Part shown: positions 33,860-43,394 of the stretch, piece after piece
Position numbering within the stretch: position 1 is the stretch's first letter
Layout of the letters: each line of letters opens with the position of its first letter
Assembly: GCA_029267465.1 (NCBI GenBank)
Contig: JAJUIT010000002.1
Location: 1 to 62,767, forward strand
Direction: 5' to 3'
Source of the DNA: Synergistaceae bacterium
GTDB taxonomy: Bacteria > Synergistota > Synergistia > Synergistales > 79-D21
DNA length: 62,767 nucleotides
Made by a program: the position numbers and the translations under genes
Notes under the pieces: model-generated
Databases searched by the model: none
What the model was told of the DNA's origin: nothing
Seen by the model: only the letters and a program-made list of their open reading frames with translations

Positions 33860-34957
33860 CTACGCGTACTGCCGGGGCTTTTCCTCCCCCCGAAGAACGC
33901 GAAGGGCTCCCTGGGCCAGGGCCGCCGATTCGTCCTCGCCTGGATAGATCCGGACCGGGGCGATGAAGGCCACCCGGGAGGCGATCCGATCCGTGAACCG
34001 GCTGCTGTAGGCCAGGCCGCCCGTCAGGACCACGGCATCGACCTGCCCTTTCAGGACTGCGGCCCTCGCCCCGATTTCCCGGGCCACCTGGTAGGCCATT
34101 GCCTCATAGACCCGCTCTGCCTTCTCATCGCCTTCGTCGATGCGGCGCTCGACTTCCCGCAGGTCGTTGGTCCCCAGGTGTGCTACCAGCCCGCCGCCTC
34201 CCACCAGCTTTTTCATGATCTGGTCCAGGCCGTAGGTCCCGGAGAAACAGAGGCGAACGAACTCTCCGGCGGGCAGGGAGCCGGCCCTTTCCGGCGAAAA
34301 CGGCCCTTCCCCGTCCAGGGCGTTGTTCACGTCGATCACGCGCCCTCTCTCGTGGGCGCCGACGGAAATCCCCCCGCCCATGTGGGCGATCACGAGGTTG
34401 ACTTCCGTGTAGGCCTTGCCCAGGTCGCGAGCGGCTCGGCGGGCCACTGCCTTCTGGTTCAGCGCGTGGAAGATCGACCGCCGTTCGATCTCGGGAATGC
34501 CCGAGAGCCGTGCCTCAGGAACCAGCTCGTCGACCACCACGGGATCGACGATGAAGGCCCGGTCGTGCCCCGCTTCCGCCGCCAGGTGCGCTGCCATCGG
34601 GGCCCCTAGGTTCGAAGCGTGCGCTCCCCAGCGGCAGCTCTTCAGGTCCTCGATCATGGCCGGGCTCACGGTATACGTTCCGCCCGGGATGGGCTTCAGA
34701 AGCCCCCCCCGGCCGACGACGGCATCGAGGCTCGAAACCGGCGTTTCGTGACGCGCCAGGGCCTGCCGCACCGCATCCAGCCGGAAAGATTCCTGGTCCA
34801 TGATGTTCGCAAAGGTCCGGACGAGGTCCGCGTCGTACCGCTGGGTATCGCTCCAGATCTCGGTTTCGTCCTCGAAAAGCGCCACCTTCGTGCTGGTGGA
34901 ACCCGGGTTCAGCGTCAGGATCCGGTATTTTCCCTTATCCAAAGCTACTCCTCCCAT
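33860..34957 (-). CDS. buk: Butyrate kinase (paralog 1)
   Basis: 'ILTLNPGSTSTKVALF', 'VVGRGGLLKPIPGGTY', 'AHMGGGISV'. The start may be the TTG 15 nt downstream, preceded by GGAGGA. Confidence 0.9.
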   Translation of the reverse strand: MGGVALDKGKYRILTLNPGSTSTKVALFEDETEIWSDTQRYDADLVRTFANIMDQESFRLDAVRQALARHETPVSSLDAVVGRGGLLKPIPGGTYTVSPAMIEDLKSCRWGAHASNLGAPMAAHLAAEAGHDRAFIVDPVVVDELVPEARLSGIPEIERRSIFHALNQKAVARRAARDLGKAYTEVNLVIAHMGGGISVGAHERGRVIDVNNALDGEGPFSPERAGSLPAGEFVRLCFSGTYGLDQIMKKLVGGGGLVAHLGTNDLREVERRIDEGDEKAERVYEAMAYQVAREIGARAAVLKGQVDAVVLTGGLAYSSRFTDRIASRVAFIAPVRIYPGEDESAALAQGALRVLRGEEKPRQYA

Positions 34958-35001
34958 CGGTGAAGGGGGCCTCCCTAGGCAGCCCCCTCGGCTGAACTCT
35001 C

Positions 35002-35931
35002 CTAGCCCTTGAAGACCGAGAGGGCGACGGCTGCGGCGATGGACAGCGTCTTGGCCTCGATCGTGTCGGAACGGCTCGTCAGGACCACCGGGGCCGAGGC
35101 GCCCAGAATCAGTCCCGCGGTCTTGTTCTCGGAGAAGTAGACCAGGGCCTTGACCATCATGTTGCCGGCGTCGATGTTCGGGACGAGCAGGATGTCGGCC
35201 TTTCCTGCCACCTCGGAAACGATGCCCTTGTGTTTGGCCGATTCCTCGCTGACGGCGTTGTCCAGGGCAAAGGGGCCATCCACGAGGCAGTTCTTGATCT
35301 GCCCGCGGCGCTGCATCTGCGTAATGGCGGCGGCATCAAGCGTCGCCGGCATGTCGGGGTTCACGACCTCAACGGCAGCAAGGACGGCGACCTTCGGGCA
35401 CTCGACACCGAAGGAACGGGCAAGCCCGACGGTGTTTACGAGGATGTCGGCCTTGGTCTTGAGGTCGGGGTACATGTTGAAGGCGGCATCAGCAATGAAG
35501 AAGATGCGGTCGTACCCCTTCACTTCATGGAAGTAGCAGTGGGAAATGGTTTTGCCGGTGCGGAGCCCGATCTCCTTGTTCAGAAGGGCCTTGAGGAAGT
35601 AGTTGGTGTGGATCATGCCTTTCATGAAGATGTCGGCCTTGCCGGAGGAAACGAGCTGGACGGCCGTCAGGCCCACCTGGGCCTCCCCGCGGCGCTCGTC
35701 GACGACCTCGTAGTTGGCCAGGTCGATTCCCGCCTTGTCGGCCTCAGCCTTGATCTTGTCGCTGTTGCCCACGAGGATGCCGAAGGCGAACCCTTCCCTG
35801 CGGGCCGCCTCGATGGCCTCGAGGACCCCCGCGTCCTCCGCGAGAGCGATGGCGACCTTGCGGGGCCCCTTCTCGGCGCCGATCCGTTTTGCGTAATCCA
35901 GCAGTGCGGTGAGCGAACGAAGCTGTTCCAT
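35002..35931 (-). CDS. ptb: Phosphate butyryltransferase (paralog 1)
   Basis: Phosphate acetyl/butyryl-transferase family by eye ('KADIFMKGMIHT', 'VLTSRSD'). Confidence 0.85.
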   Translation of the reverse strand: MEQLRSLTALLDYAKRIGAEKGPRKVAIALAEDAGVLEAIEAARREGFAFGILVGNSDKIKAEADKAGIDLANYEVVDERRGEAQVGLTAVQLVSSGKADIFMKGMIHTNYFLKALLNKEIGLRTGKTISHCYFHEVKGYDRIFFIADAAFNMYPDLKTKADILVNTVGLARSFGVECPKVAVLAAVEVVNPDMPATLDAAAITQMQRRGQIKNCLVDGPFALDNAVSEESAKHKGIVSEVAGKADILLVPNIDAGNMMVKALVYFSENKTAGLILGASAPVVLTSRSDTIEAKTLSIAAAVALSVFKG

Positions 35932-35969
35932 ACGTTGAAACCTCCTTGAAAAGATAATTTTGACTCGCT

Positions 35970-36875
35970 TCAGGACATGGCAAGAACGGCTCCGAAAGCG
36001 ATCGAAAGCCGCTTGGTTTCCGCGTTGTCGAACCGGCTCGTGAGAACGATGGGGCGGCGAGCTCCAAGGATGACCCCGGCCCCCTTGCCTACGGACATGT
36101 ACATCATGACTTTCCCCACGAAATTGCCCGCCTCGATGCTCGGGACAAGGAGCATGTCCGCGTCGCCGGCAACGGGAGATTCAATCCCCTTGATCCGGGC
36201 TGCCTCGGCGCTGACGGCGTTGTCCAGGGCAAGGGGCCCGTCGATGAGACACCCCTTGATCTGCCCCCGCCGGTTCATTTGGGCCAGGGCCGCCGCGTCC
36301 AGCGTGGCCTGCATGTCCGGGTTCACGACTTCCACGGCCGCCAGGGCCGCGATCTTGGGGCACTCCACGCCGATCCGGTGATAGGCCCAGACTGCATTTT
36401 CCACGATTCCTACCTTGGTCGGAAGGTCGGGGTACATCGTCATCCCCCCGTCGCTCATCCCGATCACCCCGGGCATGCGAGGGACCTGGAAAAGGAACAG
36501 GTGGGAAAGCAGGGACCCGCTGCGAAGCCCCCACTCCTTGTTCAGGACGGCCTTCAGGAGAACCGCGGTTTTCACGTTGCCTTTCATCAGCAGGTGCGCT
36601 TCTCCCGAGGACACCATCCGTACGGCCTTTTCCGCGGCAAGGGCATCATCCGGCTCGTCGACGAACTCAAGCCCGGAAATGTCCAGGCCGAGGCTTTCGG
36701 CAATGGCCATCGTTTTCCCGCGGCTGCCCACCAGGACGGGATCGACGACGCCCTCTTGCGCTGCGTCCGCTACCGCTTCCAGGATGTCATCCCCCTGGGG
36801 GCAGGCCACGGCGAGAGTCATCCGCGGGGCGGCTTTGCATTTTTCCAGCAGGAAATCCAGGTTTTTGAGCTGCAT
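35970..36875 (-). CDS. ptb: Phosphate butyryltransferase (paralog 2)
   Basis: Same family ('EAHLLMKGNVKT', 'VLTSRFD'). Confidence 0.85.
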   Translation of the reverse strand: MQLKNLDFLLEKCKAAPRMTLAVACPQGDDILEAVADAAQEGVVDPVLVGSRGKTMAIAESLGLDISGLEFVDEPDDALAAEKAVRMVSSGEAHLLMKGNVKTAVLLKAVLNKEWGLRSGSLLSHLFLFQVPRMPGVIGMSDGGMTMYPDLPTKVGIVENAVWAYHRIGVECPKIAALAAVEVVNPDMQATLDAAALAQMNRRGQIKGCLIDGPLALDNAVSAEAARIKGIESPVAGDADMLLVPSIEAGNFVGKVMMYMSVGKGAGVILGARRPIVLTSRFDNAETKRLSIAFGAVLAMS

Positions 36876-36881
36876 CGCTCT

Positions 36882-37970
36882 TCAGGCCTCCGTCTTCACG
36901 AAATCCCCGTAACGCATCGGGGTTTCCTCTTTCCTGAGAACCCGCATCGCCCCTTCCGCCAGGGCGAGCAGTTCATCCTCGCCGGGATACAGCAGGACCG
37001 GGGCGATCCACTGCACCCTCCCGACCACCATTTCGACGAAATCGGAATCGTGAGCGACTCCTCCCGTCAGGAGGATGGCATCGACCTTTCCCCCCATCGC
37101 CGCGGCACAGGCGCCGATTTCCTTGGCCACCTGAAAGGCCATGGAGCGGTAGGCCAAGGCCGCGGACTCGTCTCCGCCGGCAATGAGGGCCTTGACCTTT
37201 CGCACGTCGCTTTCCCCCGTGTACGCCACGAGCCCTCCCTTGCCGACCAGGCGTTTTCTCAGGTCCTGCAGGGTGTAGCGGCCGCTGAAGCAGAGGCGGG
37301 CGAGGTCTCCGGCCGGCAGGCCGCCCGCACGCTCGGGGGAGAAGGGGCCGAACTCGTTGGCGTTGTTGGTATCGACCATCCTTCCCTGGCGATGGGCGCA
37401 AACCGTGATGCCGCCTCCCAGGTGAGCCACGACGAAATCCATCTTTTTCCAGTCGCCGTTCAGGTCCCTCGCCGCCCGGCGTACCGTCGCCTTGATGTTG
37501 AGGGCATGCCCCAGGGATCTCTTGGGCAGCTCGGGAAGCCCGGTCACGCGGGCGATGTCATCCAGCTCGTCCACAGCGACCGGATCCACGATCAAAGCCG
37601 GGATCCCGAGCGGCGCCGCAATCGCGTCGGCCAGGATGCCCCCCAGGTTTGAAGCGTGCTCCCAGGGTTTCCCGCGCCGGAGATGAACCTTCATGAGATC
37701 GTCCACGGCGTAGGTTCCGCCCGGGATCGGATCCAGAAGGCCGCCTCTTCCCACAACCGCGGCAAGCTGGCTGAAATGGTTGCCGTGTTCCTCGCAGGCT
37801 TTCTCGATGGCGGCCATCCGGAACCCGAACTGGTCGGCCATGGTCGGAAAGGCCGCCAGATCTTCGGGATCGTGAGTTACCGTACTGTGCCAGACTTCGA
37901 CACCGTCATCGAACCAGCCCACCTTGGTGCTCGTGGAACCGGGGTTGATGGCCAGGACCTGGAAGCCCAT
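36882..37970 (-). CDS. buk: Butyrate kinase (paralog 2)
   Basis: 'VLAINPGSTSTKVGWF', 'VVGRGGLLDPIPGGTY', 'AHLGGGITV'. Start trimmed to MGFQ (37970). Confidence 0.9.
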   Translation of the reverse strand: MGFQVLAINPGSTSTKVGWFDDGVEVWHSTVTHDPEDLAAFPTMADQFGFRMAAIEKACEEHGNHFSQLAAVVGRGGLLDPIPGGTYAVDDLMKVHLRRGKPWEHASNLGGILADAIAAPLGIPALIVDPVAVDELDDIARVTGLPELPKRSLGHALNIKATVRRAARDLNGDWKKMDFVVAHLGGGITVCAHRQGRMVDTNNANEFGPFSPERAGGLPAGDLARLCFSGRYTLQDLRKRLVGKGGLVAYTGESDVRKVKALIAGGDESAALAYRSMAFQVAKEIGACAAAMGGKVDAILLTGGVAHDSDFVEMVVGRVQWIAPVLLYPGEDELLALAEGAMRVLRKEETPMRYGDFVKTEA

Positions 37971-38168
37971 GTCAGCGCACCCCGCGGGCCTCTCGCCGGC
38001 CAGATGCCCTGCCCCAACCAAACTTGCCTCCAACAAAGGATCTCTTCACCGGGCAGACCCCCTCCAGGAATCTCTTTCACCGGACCGGAACCCGTGTCCG
38101 GGCACACAAAAAGACAAAGCCTTTACAGGCCTTTTCCGAAAAACGATTATATCACTTTGGGAAAACAC

Positions 38169-39194
38169 TCATTCCCATTGAAAAGCTGAAGCCTTGAAGA
38201 GGAACCAGGCTTCCGACCCTGGAACCAGGCCGAGTTCAGCGGCAGACGAGCGGGTCAGCCGTGCGGTCAGGATCCGGTCTCCGCAGGCTCCCTTCAGGAG
38301 TACGGCGCCAGACCCGTTCTCGAGGCTTAACTGGAGGATCCTCACCCGGACGGCGTTGCGCGTGGATAGCCCTTGCGGCTTCAAAACGGCAACGGTGATG
38401 TCTTCCGCATCGAGGAAACCGGTCCTCCCCGGAGAGGGAGGCTTCGTCGCGACAATGGACTGTCCGTCTCCAATTTTCATCGACACCAGGCCCCCCTCCT
38501 GCTCGAACCAGGGCCCCTCGAACCGGTTTTGCACCACGTACCGCCCCGGACGCCCTTCCTGGAACGCCAGAAGCCTGTCGGCCACCTGGCTCATCCAGGC
38601 CATGTCGTGACTCACCACCACCAGGGTGGCGCCCCACTCCTCCCGGGCCTTCAGGGCCGCCGATTTCAGGAGAACCGCGCTCCCGGCATCCACTCCCGCC
38701 GTGGGTTCGTCCAGGAGCAGCACCGGGGTCCGGAGGGCAAGCCGGGAAGCCAGGGCCACGCGTCGGGCCTCTCCGCCCGAAAGGGATTTCCAGGGGCGTC
38801 CCGCGAAGGAAGCCGGGCTGAGCCCCACGAGCTCGAGGCTGTGAAACACCCTGTCCTTCAGGCCTTCGCGGATCCCCCGGACCTTTAGGCCATAGGCGAT
38901 GTTTTCGAAAACCGAGGTCCGCAGCAGGTAGGGATCCTGCAGCAAAAGGGTGACCTGCCGGCGGAGCGCCAGCAAGTCGCAGCTTTCGGCCGGGGAGCCC
39001 ATGAAATGCAGGGAACCGCTTGAAGGAGTCTCCAGGAAAGCCAGGACCCTCAGAAGGGTGCTCTTGCCGCTGCCGTTGGGCCCCTCCAGTCCCAAAATCG
39101 AGCCCTCGCCGATCTCCAGGTGCTCCACGTCCAGCACCAGGCGGTCTTTGTAGCGAACCTGCAGGTTCTCGAGGCGGTAGACCGGGGCGCTCAT
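38169..39194 (-). CDS. ABC transporter ATP-binding protein with a C-terminal TOBE-like domain (tungstate/molybdate type)
   Basis: Walker A 'GPNGSGKST', signature 'LSGGEARR', Walker B 'LLLDEP'. Start at ATG 39194 overlaps the permease stop. The 587-aa track ORF is an artefactual extension. Confidence 0.8.
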   Translation of the reverse strand: MSAPVYRLENLQVRYKDRLVLDVEHLEIGEGSILGLEGPNGSGKSTLLRVLAFLETPSSGSLHFMGSPAESCDLLALRRQVTLLLQDPYLLRTSVFENIAYGLKVRGIREGLKDRVFHSLELVGLSPASFAGRPWKSLSGGEARRVALASRLALRTPVLLLDEPTAGVDAGSAVLLKSAALKAREEWGATLVVVSHDMAWMSQVADRLLAFQEGRPGRYVVQNRFEGPWFEQEGGLVSMKIGDGQSIVATKPPSPGRTGFLDAEDITVAVLKPQGLSTRNAVRVRILQLSLENGSGAVLLKGACGDRILTARLTRSSAAELGLVPGSEAWFLFKASAFQWE

Positions 39195-39904
39195 GAGGCG
39201 GACCTCCTCCGGAAAAGGGAGAGGGCGCCGTTCAGCGCGAAGGAAATGAAGAGAAGGACGATCCCGAGGGCAATCCCCGTGGAGAACTCTCCCTTGCCGG
39301 TTTCCAGGGTGATGGCCGTCGTGATCGTCCTGGTGTGCCACTTGATGTTCCCGCCAAGCATCATCGAAACCCCGACCTCCGCCACGACCCGGCCGTATGC
39401 CGTAACGGCCGCTGCCAGGACGGCATAGCGGACCTCCCTGAGGATGGCAAAAACCATTTTCCCCGGAGGTGTTCCTAGAGTCTGGAGCGTCAGGAGCATC
39501 CGGGGATCCGCGCTCTCCAGTGCCGAAGCCGTGAGCGCCACGACGATCGGGAGCGCCAGGAAGGTCTGGCCGATGGCCATCCCGCGGACCGTGAAAAGCA
39601 GGTTCAAAGAACCCAGGGGGCCCTGCCTGGAGATGAGGGCATAGACCAAAAGGCCCACAACAACCGTGGGAAGAGCCAGGCAGGTGTCGACCGCCACGCG
39701 GACCCAAGCCTTGCCGGGGAAAGTCCGAGTCCCGAGCAGGATCCCCAGGGGAAGGCCCAGCAGAAGGCTGGCCAGCATCGAAAGAAAGGTGAGGCGCATT
39801 GAAACCTCGATGGCCGACCAGGTTTCCCGGTCCCCGCTTAAGAGCAACGTCAGTGCCTGGGAAAATCCCTGCGCAATGAATTCCACGAAAATCCCCCGCT
39901 TCAC
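39191..39904 (-). CDS. ABC transporter permease (TupB-like, tungstate type)
   Basis: 237 aa, about 6 TM segments, with a binding-protein-dependent permease loop 'LQTLGTPPGKMVFAILREV'. Confidence 0.75.
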   Translation of the reverse strand: MKRGIFVEFIAQGFSQALTLLLSGDRETWSAIEVSMRLTFLSMLASLLLGLPLGILLGTRTFPGKAWVRVAVDTCLALPTVVVGLLVYALISRQGPLGSLNLLFTVRGMAIGQTFLALPIVVALTASALESADPRMLLTLQTLGTPPGKMVFAILREVRYAVLAAAVTAYGRVVAEVGVSMMLGGNIKWHTRTITTAITLETGKGEFSTGIALGIVLLFISFALNGALSLFRRRSAS

Positions 39905-40044
39905 CGTTGGCGGATATGTCGAAAACTAGCACAGGACAGACCGGGGCGCAAGAAACCGAAAGCGGTCACGGTCTTTTCACGTTTTCGCCGTATACTGGCA
40001 CGGGCTGCCTGCCCCCATCTCCTGCCGGAAAGAAGGGTTTCCTT

Positions 40045-40869
40045 TTGTCACTGGCGTATTTTGAAGGGAAGTTCCGCCCCTTGAACTCCGTCTGCATCCC
40101 AGTAAGCGACCTGGCCCTCCAGCGCGGGGTCGGGGTGTTCGATTCCCTGCGCACCCTTGGGAAAAGGCCTCTTGCACTATCCCTGCACCTGGACCGCCTC
40201 GAGCACTCCCTGCGGGAAGCCGGCATCGCGCCCCCGGCTTCCAGGGAAGAGATCGAGAGGGTCGTCCGAGAGGGCATTTCCTTCATGGAAGAGGAAACCT
40301 CGATCCGGATCTACGTTACGGGAGGAGACCGCTGCGAGGGGGGGAGATTTCTCTCCCCAAGGTGGTTCGTCCTGTTCGAGCCCATGCACCGGATCGACCC
40401 ATCCGCGACGGCCGAGGGCGTGACCCTCTGGCCCCTGCCCCACGAACGGCCTCTTCCGCTCCTGAAAAGCATCAACTACATGGCCGCCTTCGTGGAAAGG
40501 GGACAACACCCGGAGGCCTTCGAGATCCTTTACTGTCCCGGCGGCGAGATCACGGAAGCCACTTCGAGCAACGCCTTCATGGTTATCGATGGGAAGCTGG
40601 TCACGGCCCCGCTGGAGCGGGTTCTCTCCGGCGTCACCCGCGCGTTCGTCCTGGAGGTGGCCAGGGAAGCCGGTTACCGGATCGAGGAACGGTGCCCCAG
40701 GCTGGAGGAGCTGCCCCAGGCACGCGAGTTTTTTATCACCGGCAGCGTCAAGGAAATCGTTCCCGTGATCCGGATCGGAACAACCCGGGTCGGGGACGGG
40801 CGACCCGGACCCGTAACGAGGCATCTGACGCAGCGATTGGCTTCTTCCATCGAACGCTGGGTGGAGTAA
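40045..40869 (+). CDS. Class-IV aminotransferase (branched-chain / D-amino-acid aminotransferase family)
   Basis: 'AYFEGKFRPLNSVCIPVSDLALQRGVGVFD' is a typical class-IV N-terminus. I prefer TTG 40045; track start 39907 would leave 2 bp to the divergent gene. Confidence 0.7.
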   Translation: MSLAYFEGKFRPLNSVCIPVSDLALQRGVGVFDSLRTLGKRPLALSLHLDRLEHSLREAGIAPPASREEIERVVREGISFMEEETSIRIYVTGGDRCEGGRFLSPRWFVLFEPMHRIDPSATAEGVTLWPLPHERPLPLLKSINYMAAFVERGQHPEAFEILYCPGGEITEATSSNAFMVIDGKLVTAPLERVLSGVTRAFVLEVAREAGYRIEERCPRLEELPQAREFFITGSVKEIVPVIRIGTTRVGDGRPGPVTRHLTQRLASSIERWVE

Positions 40870-40873
40870 GCCG

Positions 40874-42688
40874 ATGGCCGTCCTGGTCGCCTCGCGGTCT
40901 ATCCCGGGTGCTGAACCCCTTCTCCGGTCTCTCCGGGCAGAAGGGATCGAGGGGCACGCCTGGGAGGTGGGGACCGAACTCCCCGGGCCGGAAGGCGCGC
41001 GGTGGGATGCGGTGATCCTGGACCTTCGGGCCCCGTGGCCGGTGAAGGCTCGATTTTTGCCGGCGGGACCACGGGTTGCCGTCCTCGATCCGGCCCATGA
41101 AGCCTTGGCTTCCGTCGCCCGGGAGAGAGGAGCGAGGCAACTCCTTCACGACGAGTCCCCCTCCGTCCTGGCAGAGGCCCTCCGGCGGCTTTCCGCCGAG
41201 ACGATCGAGGCCCGAGGCAGCCTGCCTGAGATCCTCCTCCAAACCAGCCTGCCCGTCGCCCTCTTCCACCCGGTTTACGGACTGGAAAGCTGCAACCTCG
41301 CTTTCTGCGAACGGGTGAGAGCAAGGCGCGAGGAACTGGAGGGACTCGACCTGGTCAGCCTCTTCGGCCAGAAACAGGCCCGCTCGCTGTCCGGCCTTTT
41401 TACCGGCCTCCTTTTGGGGGAACGGGAAACCGAATGGAGAGATCTTTGTTTCTCCCTTCCCGCAAGAGGAGAAGTCCTTGCCGAGGCCTCCTTCTCCGCG
41501 GTTTTCCGCGATGCCATCGACCGGGCCCGGATCCTTGCCACCTTGGCCCCGGAAGGGAGAACCCGACAGTGGGAGGGATGCCTGGAGGCACGGTCCCGAA
41601 AGCTCGCGGTCCTTCAATCGCTCAGCCTGGCCTTGAACGAAACCTGGAATCCCCGGTCCACCCTGAAGGTCCTTGTCAACCTGATTCTTTCCCACGCAGA
41701 CGTCGACGCGGCTGCCGTGTCCCTGCTGGACGAGGCGACGATGAAACTGAAATTCGCAGAAGGGGAGGGGTTTTGGGGATCAGCAATCCAGTCCAGGTTC
41801 TCTGACGTTGGGGAGGGAGTTGGCGGCGAGGCGGCCCTGCGAAGGGAAACCGTCCTCCTGCCCGACCTGGACAATCCCGGCGTCACCAGGGTGGAGCCTT
41901 TCCTCCTGAACGAAGAGGGGTTCAGGGCGGCCTGCGCGGCACCCCTACTGGCTCCCGACCGGCTACTCGGCGTCCTCGAGATCTTCAGCAGGAAGAGCCT
42001 GGAAGCCCCCGAGGCCCTGAAGGAAATGACCGAAACGGTGGCGAGGCAGGCTTCCGCGGCCCTGCACCGCGGTTTCCTGGTGGAGGAACTGGAACGGGCG
42101 AACCTCGAACTCAACCTCGCCTACGACTCCACCATCGAAGGGTGGTCGAGAGCCCTGGACCTGAAGTGCCGCGAACCAGAATGGCACACGAAGAAAATCG
42201 CCGAGCTGACCGTCTGCCTTGCCCGGCGGCTCGGGATGGAAGGGAAGGATCTCCAGGCGATCCGCAGGGGGGCGATCCTGCACGATATCGGGAAGATGGG
42301 AATTCCGGACGCGATCCTCACGAAACCCGGTCCCCTGACCGAGGAAGAGTGGAAGGTCATGCGCCTGCATCCGGTCTATGCCCTCCAGATGCTGCAGCCC
42401 ATCGGCTTTCTGAAGGATTCCGTCGCTATCCCGTACAGCCACCACGAACGCTGGGACGGCCAGGGGTATCCTCTCGGCCTGAGGGGAGAGGGGATTCCCT
42501 TCTTCGCCCGGGTCTTCTCCGTCGTGGACGTCTGGGTCAGCCTGACGGCGGACCAGCCTTACCGGAAGGCCTGGACTCCCGAGAGGGCCCTGGCCTACAT
42601 CCGGGAGGGTTCGGGACGCCTGTTCGACCCCCTCGTGGTGCAGGCTTTCCTGGAAATGATCGAATCCGAACCCGGGAAAAATCCCTGA
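40874..42688 (+). CDS. GAF-domain HD-GYP protein with an N-terminal receiver-like region
   Basis: 'HDIGKMGIPDAIL...HHERWDGQGYP' with a GAF-like middle region. Confidence 0.85.
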   Translation: MAVLVASRSIPGAEPLLRSLRAEGIEGHAWEVGTELPGPEGARWDAVILDLRAPWPVKARFLPAGPRVAVLDPAHEALASVARERGARQLLHDESPSVLAEALRRLSAETIEARGSLPEILLQTSLPVALFHPVYGLESCNLAFCERVRARREELEGLDLVSLFGQKQARSLSGLFTGLLLGERETEWRDLCFSLPARGEVLAEASFSAVFRDAIDRARILATLAPEGRTRQWEGCLEARSRKLAVLQSLSLALNETWNPRSTLKVLVNLILSHADVDAAAVSLLDEATMKLKFAEGEGFWGSAIQSRFSDVGEGVGGEAALRRETVLLPDLDNPGVTRVEPFLLNEEGFRAACAAPLLAPDRLLGVLEIFSRKSLEAPEALKEMTETVARQASAALHRGFLVEELERANLELNLAYDSTIEGWSRALDLKCREPEWHTKKIAELTVCLARRLGMEGKDLQAIRRGAILHDIGKMGIPDAILTKPGPLTEEEWKVMRLHPVYALQMLQPIGFLKDSVAIPYSHHERWDGQGYPLGLRGEGIPFFARVFSVVDVWVSLTADQPYRKAWTPERALAYIREGSGRLFDPLVVQAFLEMIESEPGKNP

Positions 42689-42992
42689 AATCGAAAAAAA
42701 GAGGCCGAACAACCCGTCCTTCCAGGTCATTTCCCATGAATTTTCCAGGAAATGTTGACGGGCTGTCAATTTTCCCCGCCCCTTTTTATGAATCATTTTA
42801 TTCTTTCCACGGAATCTTTATTCTTCCGAAATCAATCCATTCAAGCTGAAAACTCCTTCCCTGGACTTAGCTGGAATCGATCCTTGACCCGGCTTTCCTG
42901 AAGCCCGCCCCTCCCGTCGTTTTTTACAGTTTATAAATCATCCTATTCAATAATTCTTTTTAAAATTCGGCTGAATCCACTATTTGTAGATC

Positions 42993-43020
42993 TTGACGCC
43001 TTTTTGCGCCTTTTTATAAT
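42993..43020 (+). promoter_or_regulatory. Candidate sigma70 promoter for flp: TTGACG, 16-nt spacer, TATAAT
   Basis: Hexamers at 42993-42998 and 43015-43020, in the only strongly AT-rich ~400-bp stretch of the window. Confidence 0.5.
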
Positions 43021-43111
43021 GAACTTTACAAACTTCCTTTCAGTCAGCGAGGCAGGATGGGGTTTCCGTTAGAAATCGGGGAGAGGACATTCAGTCTGGG
43101 AGGTGGACGAG

Positions 43112-43297
43112 ATGATGAAGAAGCTGGTCGGTCTGGTTCGAGATGAAGAGGGACAGGGGATGGTGGAGTACGGCCTGATCATCGCCGTCATCGCGGTGGC
43201 TCTTGTGGCCGCCCTGGTAACTCTTAAGGGAGGCATTGCCGGGGTGTTTCAAAATGCCTCCGATCAGATGAGCGGCAGCAGCAGCAGCGGGTCCTGA
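43112..43297 (+). CDS. flp: Flp-family type IVb pilin
   Basis: 'EEGQGMVEYGLIIAVIAVALVAAL' (G/xxxxEY processing motif plus a hydrophobic helix). GGAGG lies 8 nt before ATG 43112. Confidence 0.85.
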   Translation: MMKKLVGLVRDEEGQGMVEYGLIIAVIAVALVAALVTLKGGIAGVFQNASDQMSGSSSSGS

Positions 43298-43328
43298 GCA
43301 AAACCCAGGCGCGAGGCAGGCGAGAGAA

Positions 43329-43354
43329 AGGGGCGGGCCTCCGCCCCTTTTTTC
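43329..43354 (+). terminator. Intrinsic terminator/attenuator after flp
   Basis: A-GGGGCGG-gcct-CCGCCCC-T followed by a T-tract. Confidence 0.65.
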
Positions 43355-43394
43355 TCCCCGGAAGGCGAAAGCCAACCCTGGAAGAGGTGAGAAC

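Noticed and set aside
38169-39932. 587-aa ORF read as a single protein
   Set aside because: Only the C-terminal 341 codons (from ATG 39194, 'MSAPVYRLENL...') are an ABC ATPase. The N-terminal ~245 codons overlap the permease gene in another frame and look spurious.
42748-42775. Imperfect 28-bp palindrome GGAAATGTTGACGGGCTGTCAATTTTCC after the GAF-HD-GYP gene
   Set aside because: The stem is only 5-6 bp with bulges and has no clean T-tract. It could be a weak terminator or an operator in the AT-rich flp upstream region, but the evidence is insufficient.
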